NCBI GenBank assembly: GCA_964445165.1 | Contig: CAYUJZ010000001.1 | Coordinates: forward strand, 1,591-65,590 | Source of the DNA: an uncultured Methanosarcinales archaeon | Lineage (GTDB): Archaea; Nanobdellota; Nanobdellia; Woesearchaeales; JASKKU01 | DNA: 64,000 nt | Reading direction: 5' to 3' | Shown here: in pieces, positions 55,527-64,000 of the stretch | Layout of the letters: each line of letters starts with the position of its first letter | How positions within the stretch are numbered: the first letter of the stretch is position 1 | Notes under the pieces: model-generated | What the model saw: the letters and a program-made list of their open reading frames with translations, nothing else | Told to the model about the DNA's origin: nothing | Databases searched by the model: none | Translations under genes and position numbers: made by a program

Positions 55527-56494
55527 GGTTGCACCTCGTCTGTCCTCCAGTAGGGTAGAATAAATGTTTTATCAATCTTTTCAAAGTTTCGCTTTTTTGC
55601 CTCAACCAGGCCAAGCCAGGCTATCATTGCCCCATTGTCTGTGTTGAACTGGTTCTCTAAGGTAAAGCACTTTGCACTTCTCTCTGAGCACATGGTTCTG
55701 GCCATTTCCTGAAGGCGCTTGTTGCACGCAACCCCACCGCCTAAGAGAAGTTCTTTTTTTCCTGTGTGAGCCATTGCCCTTTCGCTTGCCTCGAGCAGCA
55801 TAGCAAAGGATGTTTCCTGAAGCGAGAAGCATAGGTCTTTAACAGAGTGCTCTTTTAGCATTTTTTTAATAGCTGTAAGAATACCGCCAAAGGAGAAATC
55901 CATTCCCTTTACTACATAAGGCAGCTCGATATACTTTCCTGAGGCTTTTTTAGCAAGCTTCTCTACAGGTGGCCCGCCCGGAAACCCAAGCCCTGCCTCT
56001 CTTGCAAAAGCATCTATAAAATTGCCCATGCCAATGTCAAGCGTTTCCCCAAAGATTCGGTATTTTCCCTTCTCAAAGGCTACTATTTGGGTGTTTGCGC
56101 CTGAAACATAAAGAAAAACCGGGTCTGTGCAATCTGAAAGAAGCTTCCCTATCTCAAGATGGGCTATGCAATGGTTAACCCCGACTATTGGCTTTTTCAG
56201 AAGAAGTGCAAGTGAGCGTGCAAGCGCAGAGCCTATCCTTAGCGAATGCCCTATACCCGGGCCTTTTGAGTATGCAATCAAGTCAACCTGGCTAAGGCTT
56301 ATGCCTGCATCATCAAGCGCTCCTATAAGCACCTCTTCAAAGTTGTCCAGGTGGTGCTCTGAAACCTTTGCTGGAATCATGCCGCCTTTTTTTGTTGCAT
56401 AAACGCTTTTCCTGTTTGCAAGAATCCTTCCTTTGCTGCCTGCAATCCCTATCCCGAAGGTATGGGCTGTGCTTTCTATACCTAAAGATATCAT
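55523..56494 (-). CDS. kae1: Kae1/TsaD tRNA N6-threonylcarbamoyladenosine synthase
   Basis: MISLGIESTAHTFGIGIA, HCIAHLE, ASGGH-like ASKKH fold motifs. Confidence 0.9.
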   Translation of the reverse strand: MISLGIESTAHTFGIGIAGSKGRILANRKSVYATKKGGMIPAKVSEHHLDNFEEVLIGALDDAGISLSQVDLIAYSKGPGIGHSLRIGSALARSLALLLKKPIVGVNHCIAHLEIGKLLSDCTDPVFLYVSGANTQIVAFEKGKYRIFGETLDIGMGNFIDAFAREAGLGFPGGPPVEKLAKKASGKYIELPYVVKGMDFSFGGILTAIKKMLKEHSVKDLCFSLQETSFAMLLEASERAMAHTGKKELLLGGGVACNKRLQEMARTMCSERSAKCFTLENQFNTDNGAMIAWLGLVEAKKRNFEKIDKTFILPYWRTDEVQP

Positions 56495-56537
56495 TTTTTA
56501 TCAGGCGGCTGAAAAGAGAGGCTACTGAAAAAGCCAA

Positions 56538-58532
<1,995 letters not shown>

Positions 58533-58594
58533 TTAAAAACCGGGTTTTCATTTAAAAAGGAAAAAATGTCCAGAAAATGCTTTATTTTCTGCCA

Positions 58595-59905
58595 TTATAT
58601 TAGGAAATATTCTACCGACGACTCCTTTCCGTGTTCAGTTTCAATAAAAGCGGTAACAAATGGTTGCTTAAGGCCAGGAGTGCCTTGAGGGAAGTGGCAA
58701 TTGCTCTCATCTATATTATCTGCTACATTTAAATTATGCCCGTCAGGGTCTGTTGCTGCAACAATCCCTGTCTCATAAAAAAGGGTTCTCAGGCTTTCCC
58801 TTAAAAGGTCTAGATCACAAGCAGGCTGAGAATAATTTTCATATATGTATGTTGCAGCCTGCTCAAATTGCGAGTTTGAAGAACTCAAGTACAATGATAT
58901 GTTTACTATATTTACAACATTTCCTGAAGGATCTTGAAGCTTAGGCATTGCATGAACAATAGGCTCCCTGTTTCTCCTTGCAACCTGGAATACGAACTCT
59001 TCTCCTGCCACATAATGCCTGGAGTCTTTTACGAAGATGATGTCATCGCCAGGGTTTGAGCTTGGCATGGGATTCCTGATTAAGCCAACTATCATTTCAT
59101 CCCTAGAGCCTCCTGGCTCAAAAGTGGCAATTGAAGAATCATTGTAAATGTGCTCTTCAAGGAAATCCAGCATCTCGTAAAGCCTTAGCGGAACAAAAGA
59201 CTCAAACCCTGTCAGTGTCCTTGTTTCTCCAGTGCCAACTCTTCTCAGGGTAACCTCATAATCCAGCCTTGCCAGCATTCCGGATTCTGAAAGAAAAACC
59301 TCAACTCTGGGCTCGGAAGACTCCAGGATTTCAAAATCTTCGCTTACTAAGCCAACATTCTCGGATGGCAGGCAGAACTCAACGCCACTTTCACCGTTCA
59401 GGAAAGCCTTAATGTTTCTGGCCATTATCGTTGCCCTTAACCCTCTTAAAGGTGGGAGATACCTGATTTGCGTTGAAAAAGAGTAATCCTTATCGCAATT
59501 AGCTTGTTCATAAAGATGTGGTATTGTATCAGTACCATAAGGATTCTCGCAATCAAAAGGGAACATATCTGAAAAATAAACCGTTTCATCTGTTATAAAA
59601 GGCACATAATACTGCGAGCCTGGTGATTCCTGAAGAAAGTGATGCTGGGATAGCTGTGTAATGCCGCCCTGGGCTGAGAAGATTATCCCACCCTGTCTTG
59701 CTGACATAGAGATTGCCTGCTCAAAGCTGCTTTCAAGGCAGTTAAGAACCTCTGCCCTGACTGGCTCAAAAGACCCTACGCTTCCTATTGTTTCCGTATC
59801 ATCTGCCTGAATAACAAGAAGTATCACAACAAAAACAACCATCAAAATTAGGACTGCCAGAATAAGTATTACAGAGAGCTGGGCTTTCTTTGGCTTAACC
59901 TGCAT
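58595..59905 (-). CDS. N-terminally membrane-anchored extracellular protein of unknown function
   Basis: 436 aa with a single N-terminal TM helix and no recognised motifs. Confidence 0.45.
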   Translation of the reverse strand: MQVKPKKAQLSVILILAVLILMVVFVVILLVIQADDTETIGSVGSFEPVRAEVLNCLESSFEQAISMSARQGGIIFSAQGGITQLSQHHFLQESPGSQYYVPFITDETVYFSDMFPFDCENPYGTDTIPHLYEQANCDKDYSFSTQIRYLPPLRGLRATIMARNIKAFLNGESGVEFCLPSENVGLVSEDFEILESSEPRVEVFLSESGMLARLDYEVTLRRVGTGETRTLTGFESFVPLRLYEMLDFLEEHIYNDSSIATFEPGGSRDEMIVGLIRNPMPSSNPGDDIIFVKDSRHYVAGEEFVFQVARRNREPIVHAMPKLQDPSGNVVNIVNISLYLSSSNSQFEQAATYIYENYSQPACDLDLLRESLRTLFYETGIVAATDPDGHNLNVADNIDESNCHFPQGTPGLKQPFVTAFIETEHGKESSVEYFLI

Positions 59906-59953
59906 AGCAAGCCTTTTTTACTCATCATTTAAAAAATTTTTTAAATTTGGGCA

Positions 59954-60652
59954 GTGAATACACTTAAAATGGAGCTTTTTGGAAGATTTGTTATAAAGGG
60001 AACCTGCCTCATTATAAAAAACTCAGCGACAGCTGTTGTGTCTGACCTGCACCTCGGCTTTTCGGATTATCTTAATGAAAGGGGCATTCTTTCTTACTTT
60101 GATGAAAGCAAAGGCCTGAAATGGCTGCTTAGTGCCTGCGAGGAAAACGGGATAAAAAGGCTTATCCTTAACGGGGATATTCTGCATGACTTTTCAAAGC
60201 TAAGGCAAAGGGTGGAAAAAAGGCTTGACTGGCTTATTAGTAGCCTTGATGAAAAAGGCATTAAATGTGACTTGGTTGAGGGAAACCACGACAACCTACT
60301 TAGGTTTTTTCTTGACAAAAGGGGAATTAAGGCAAAAAAGAAAATTCTCGCAGGAGATGTTTTTATCACTCACGGAGATAAGCTATTCAGGGTTCCTGAA
60401 AAGGCAAAGTACATTGTAATAGGGCACGAGCACCCTGCGGTTGAGGTTGAAGAGAAAAGATTTAAGGCTTACCTGGTCTCGGAGTATGAAAAAAGGCACT
60501 TAATTGTAATGCCGTCGTTCTTTGGCTTCAGGGAGGGAAGCGAAAATAAAGGAAATCCGGAGAAGCCCTGGAGCCCGTTTATTAAAGGCAGGATTAAGAA
60601 AAGAATAATTGTTGAAAAGGCGGGCTCAGAACATATTGCAGTGCCTTTTTAG
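59954..60652 (+). CDS. calcineurin-like metallophosphoesterase
   Basis: VSDLHLG, LNGDILHD, VEGNHDN, ITHGDK, GHEHP. Confidence 0.7.
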   Translation: MNTLKMELFGRFVIKGTCLIIKNSATAVVSDLHLGFSDYLNERGILSYFDESKGLKWLLSACEENGIKRLILNGDILHDFSKLRQRVEKRLDWLISSLDEKGIKCDLVEGNHDNLLRFFLDKRGIKAKKKILAGDVFITHGDKLFRVPEKAKYIVIGHEHPAVEVEEKRFKAYLVSEYEKRHLIVMPSFFGFREGSENKGNPEKPWSPFIKGRIKKRIIVEKAGSEHIAVPF

Positions 60653-60680
60653 AGGGAAGATGCTTAATGGATTCAAAAGC

Positions 60681-60690
60681 TTTTTATATT
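60681..60690 (+). promoter_or_regulatory. candidate TATA box (tttttatatt) for albA; AGGAGG Shine-Dalgarno at 60718-60723, 8 nt before the ATG
   Basis: The AT-rich box lies about 42-52 nt upstream of the start, and the GGAGG spacing is canonical. Confidence 0.3.
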
Positions 60691-60731
60691 AACCAGACAA
60701 CCACATATAAAAACTCTAGGAGGTTACAAGA

Positions 60732-61016
60732 ATGGCAGCAGATAACGCAATATATATCGGGAACAAGCCCTTTATGAACTATGTGACGGCAGTTGTAATG
60801 CAGTTTACAACTCAGGGAGCTGAAGAAGTGACAATAAAAGCAAGAGGAAAATTCATATCCAGGGGTGTAGACATTGCAGAGATTTCTGCAAAGAGGTTCT
60901 TGGTAGACCAGGTTTATGTGAAGGATATCAAGATAGACTCTGAAGAGTTCAAAAACAAGGAAGACAGGCAGGTAAGGGTTTCTACAATAGAAATAACCCT
61001 GGCAAAGAAAGAATAA
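60732..61016 (+). CDS. albA: Alba DNA/RNA-binding protein
   Basis: 94 aa, IYIGNKPFMNYVTAVVMQF...VTIKARGKFISRGVDIAEI. Confidence 0.85.
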   Translation: MAADNAIYIGNKPFMNYVTAVVMQFTTQGAEEVTIKARGKFISRGVDIAEISAKRFLVDQVYVKDIKIDSEEFKNKEDRQVRVSTIEITLAKKE

Positions 61017-61079
61017 GCCTGCTGGCTTTTTTTCTGGTTTTTTATAATATTTATTTTTTTATTTTCTAACGCGCAAGCC

Positions 61080-62003
61080 ATGCAAAAAAGGAAAAGATTA
61101 ATTAAAAGAGCGAAAAACCAACAACGCATGGCAGTGGTTTACAGGCATATTACGGGCAATTATTATATTGGGAATGAGAACGAAGAGGATGTTTCTGAGA
61201 TAACGCCTGATTCCCTGAACATGGAGCTTTTTGAGAGGCTTTCCAGAAAAGCAATTAAAAGCAGGGAAGAACTCGTAAGGAAGTCTATTGAGATTGCAAA
61301 GGAAAAGATTTCAAAGAAAGACTATTCTGAAGACCTGATAATTCAGGCTGCCGGGCTTGTTGATGAAACAGATAAAACGGTAAACCTGTTATCAAGAAGA
61401 TTAAGGAGGCTTGCCCTGACTGTTTACCCTGAACTATGCTTAAGGGTTGATGATAATAAAAAGATTGTTGAGATTCTCTCTTCAAAAGAAAAAGCAGGCA
61501 TACTTGCATTCTTGGGGATTCAGAAAAGCATGGGCTTTGAATGCAAAAAAGAAGACGCGGAATTTATAAAAGAGATGGCGGGTAGGACAAAAGGCCTGTT
61601 TTCAACAAGGGAGCAGGCTTCGGAGTTTATTGAGCAAAAGGAAAAGAAGATTATGCCTAATTTTTCTGCTGTTGCTGGCCCGAGCATTGCTGCAAAGCTG
61701 CTTTCTCATGCCGGGAGCTTAAGGAGCCTTGCTATGATGCCGGCGTCCACTATTCAGCTTCTTGGTGCAGAAAAAGCCCTGTTTCGGCACATTACAAGAG
61801 GGTCAAGATGCCCAAAATACGGGATTCTGTTTCAGCACCCGGAAGTTCAGGCTGCGCCAAAGAAAGCCAGGGGAAAGGTTGCAAGAATAATTGCCGACAA
61901 GCTTTCAATAGCAGCAAAGATCGACTTCTTCAGCAGGGAAGACAAAAGCCCGGAGCTGCTTGAAGAAATGGAGAGAAGGATAAAGGATGCAAAAAGAAAA
62001 TAG
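61080..62003 (+). CDS. nop5: Nop5 (Nop56/58) C/D box snoRNP protein, short form
   Basis: Nop domain AGPSIAAKLLSHAGSLRSLAMMPASTIQLLGAEKALFRH...KYGILFQHP. Confidence 0.8.
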   Translation: MQKRKRLIKRAKNQQRMAVVYRHITGNYYIGNENEEDVSEITPDSLNMELFERLSRKAIKSREELVRKSIEIAKEKISKKDYSEDLIIQAAGLVDETDKTVNLLSRRLRRLALTVYPELCLRVDDNKKIVEILSSKEKAGILAFLGIQKSMGFECKKEDAEFIKEMAGRTKGLFSTREQASEFIEQKEKKIMPNFSAVAGPSIAAKLLSHAGSLRSLAMMPASTIQLLGAEKALFRHITRGSRCPKYGILFQHPEVQAAPKKARGKVARIIADKLSIAAKIDFFSREDKSPELLEEMERRIKDAKRK

Positions 62004-62658
62004 CCAGAGGGTGAGAATTATCAGGCTGAAAGGCAAAAAAGCCATTGTTACTGAGAGCCTTGCCCCGGGAAGGAGTGTTTATGGGGAAAGCCTAACCAAC
62101 ATAGATGGAAAAGAGTACAGGGAATGGGTGCCTTTCAGGTCAAAGATTGCTGCCGGGATAATGAAGGGGCTTAATATGCCTGAGCTTAAAGCTAATGCGG
62201 TCGTCCTTTACCTTGGCGCTGCATCAGGAACCACAGTCAGCCATATTTCAGACATTGTTAAAGAAGGCCTAGTGTTTGCTGTTGAGATGAGCCCGTTTGT
62301 AGTGTACTCGCTGATCGGCCTTGCTGAGGCCAGGGGAAACATTGTGCCAATCCTTGAAGATGCAAACAAGCCTGGGCAATACTTTAACACTGTTGTTGCG
62401 TGCGATTTTGTTTTTCAGGATATTGCACAGAAGAACCAGGTGGAAATTTTCCTTAAGAACTGCAGGCTGTTTCTTAAAGGCTCAGGCTCTGCAATGATTT
62501 CAATAAAAGCAAGAAGCATAGACATATCAAGAAAGCCAAGGGCCATCTTTGATGATGTCAAAAGAGAATTAAGCCAGAATTTTAATGATGTTAAGCTTTT
62601 AACCCTGGAGCCTTTCCAGAAAGACCACTGCCTATTTCTTTGCCTGGGAAGAAAGTGA
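61987..62658 (+). CDS. flpA: fibrillarin rRNA/tRNA 2'-O-methyltransferase
   Basis: VLYLGAASGTTVSHISDIV, AVEMSP, EDANKP; overlaps the nop5 stop. Confidence 0.9.
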   Translation: MQKENSQRVRIIRLKGKKAIVTESLAPGRSVYGESLTNIDGKEYREWVPFRSKIAAGIMKGLNMPELKANAVVLYLGAASGTTVSHISDIVKEGLVFAVEMSPFVVYSLIGLAEARGNIVPILEDANKPGQYFNTVVACDFVFQDIAQKNQVEIFLKNCRLFLKGSGSAMISIKARSIDISRKPRAIFDDVKRELSQNFNDVKLLTLEPFQKDHCLFLCLGRK

Positions 62659-63054
62659 GAAGTTCTTGAAAGTCTCACCGAGGTCAATGTAATACTTGCC
62701 CTCGCTGATTTTGTATACCAGGGGCTGCTTGTTGAATATGCTCACCAGGTCCAGGAGGTAGGTTCCCTGCTTGTCAATCCTTACTGACTCTAGGTCAAGC
62801 ACAATAGGCTTCTCCCTGTCAACTTCCTCTCCAATCATTTCCCTTACGTCCTGCTCAATTCTTGTAATCTCGTCGTCGCTAAGTTTCCTCTGGATTTTCT
62901 TAAGGTGCTCAAGCCTTTCTTTCCTTATGAAGAAAAAAAGCCTGGACTGGCACTTGCTGCAGCCTTCGATGATTTCTTTTGCATTGTCATCGTACAGCTC
63001 TCCGCAGTGAACACATTGGTGCGGCATTTTACTTTTTTCTCCTCTTGGACACAT
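62632..63054 (-). CDS. Zn-ribbon protein (DUF2072-like) of the GTPase-associated trio
   Basis: N-terminal CVHCG...CSKCQ; conserved neighbourhood with the next two genes. Confidence 0.45.
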   Translation of the reverse strand: MCPRGEKSKMPHQCVHCGELYDDNAKEIIEGCSKCQSRLFFFIRKERLEHLKKIQRKLSDDEITRIEQDVREMIGEEVDREKPIVLDLESVRIDKQGTYLLDLVSIFNKQPLVYKISEGKYYIDLGETFKNFSLSSQAKK

Positions 63055-63421
63055 TCAGGTCAAGCAGCAGCTGCATCTTCTCTGGGTCTCTCTTGATTTC
63101 CTTGATGAGGTTTGCAGGCCCAACAAGGGTAATGCCCTGCCTGTCGGAAAGCAGCATATTGATGAACTTCTCTTTCAGGTATCTCATAAAGTTGCCTGAG
63201 TTCTTAATTTCAGGAGAGAAAATTGCAGGCTCAATCCCATGAAACTTCTCATTTACCATGGACATTGTAAGCTTTATTAGCTCTGTCTCCTCATCTTTTT
63301 TAAGCTTTCCCTGAATCAGGACTATCTTGTCAGACTTGACAGCCTTAAGAATCTTTTTTATTTTCTGCTCTGTATTAAGGCCGGAAATCTGCGAGAACGG
63401 AATAAACTCAATGGTAATCAT
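63029..63421 (-). CDS. DUF2073-like hypothetical protein
   Basis: 130 aa; overlaps both neighbours. Confidence 0.4.
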   Translation of the reverse strand: MITIEFIPFSQISGLNTEQKIKKILKAVKSDKIVLIQGKLKKDEETELIKLTMSMVNEKFHGIEPAIFSPEIKNSGNFMRYLKEKFINMLLSDRQGITLVGPANLIKEIKRDPEKMQLLLDLNVSKRRKK

Positions 63422-63987
63422 GGTTTCACCAAGTTAAAGAGCTCTTTGTAAAAGTCCTCTATTGAGGTTCCGTACTTAGCTGAAATCCCTACTACATTAT
63501 ACTGTGGAAAGGTCTTTTCTATTTTCTTTAGGTCTGCACGCTTAAGGTCGATCTTGTTTCCAACAACCAGGACAGGGATTTTTTTTGCCTGAAGGTTTCC
63601 CAGAATCGTTATGTTTACTTGGTTTAAGGGATCTTTCGTTGCATCCAGGACAACAACAACAGCGTCCACCGAGTCTAGCCACTTTATTGAGTCTATAACA
63701 CCTTTTGTGGCTTCTTTAGCCCTGGTTTTTGCCTCTTCCTCATCAAGGCCTGCCTTGACAAAGTCCTCGTAGTCTATCCTGGTGGCTATTCCCGGAGTAT
63801 CCACTAGGTTAAATGTGAGCTGCTTATTGCCTGACTTTATAAGAATCTGCTCCTTAATTTTGATTTCCCTGGTCTCGTGAGGAATGTTCGAAACTGTGCC
63901 CATCTCCTCGCCAAGCCAGTCCTTGCATATCTTATTCGCAAGGGTAGTCTTGCCTCCGTTGGGCGGGCCGTAAAGGCCAAGCTTCAT
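63418..63987 (-). CDS. small Ras/Arf-like GTP-binding protein
   Basis: GPPNGGKTT (P-loop), DTPG, GNKID (NKxD). Confidence 0.8.
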   Translation of the reverse strand: MKLGLYGPPNGGKTTLANKICKDWLGEEMGTVSNIPHETREIKIKEQILIKSGNKQLTFNLVDTPGIATRIDYEDFVKAGLDEEEAKTRAKEATKGVIDSIKWLDSVDAVVVVLDATKDPLNQVNITILGNLQAKKIPVLVVGNKIDLKRADLKKIEKTFPQYNVVGISAKYGTSIEDFYKELFNLVKP

Positions 63988-64000
63988 CTGCTTCTTCTTC

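Overview
This window reads as an AT-rich (about 40% GC) archaeal segment, probably from a small-genome DPANN-like lineage; that lineage call is inference from gene content. Three regions stand out.

(1) 1-5.1 kb: the N-terminal part of an ATP-dependent DNA ligase (truncated at the window edge), a Cys-rich secreted protein, a possible A24-type prepilin peptidase and three acidic proteins of unknown function.

(2) 5.1-29.4 kb: a dense island of ten radical SAM (rSAM) enzymes. Six are paralogous short rSAMs with a C-terminal CxxCx4-6C twitch-like motif, three are class-B (B12-binding) rSAMs, and one is an rSAM with a full 7-Cys SPASM domain and a ~100 aa N-terminal extension. They are interleaved with four ~500-590 aa polytopic membrane proteins that look like GT-C glycosyltransferases, a DegT-family sugar aminotransferase, a DUF362/2x[4Fe-4S] protein and a paralogous pair of unknown proteins. 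The island contains a ~706 bp near-identical segmental duplication that creates gene fragments. It abuts rpL15 exactly where secY-adk normally sit. I could not assign it to any characterised pathway, and it is the best candidate here for an undescribed biosynthetic or modification system.

(3) 29.5-42.4 kb: the complete archaeal ribosomal protein cluster L3 through L15 on the minus strand, including SUI1, RNase P p29, S4e, L32e and L19e. Many of these proteins carry long K/E/A/P-rich low-complexity extensions, and S5 is about twice the usual length.

Downstream of the cluster:
- tRNA-Pro(GGG) and tRNA-Arg(CCT), separated by an unexplained GC-elevated spacer
- ThiI
- a 1289 aa membrane-anchored surface protein with a very high density of N-glycosylation sequons
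- SRP54, AMP/thymidine phosphorylase, an AI-2E transporter and a beta-helix surface protein
- a translationally coupled unit Kae1 - small Zn-ribbon ORF - GT2 glycosyltransferase - DUF2304
- GyrB with no adjacent gyrA
- a metallophosphoesterase, Alba, Nop5-fibrillarin, and a small GTPase/DUF2073-like/Zn-ribbon trio

I saw no CRISPR arrays, transposases, integrases or rRNA genes.
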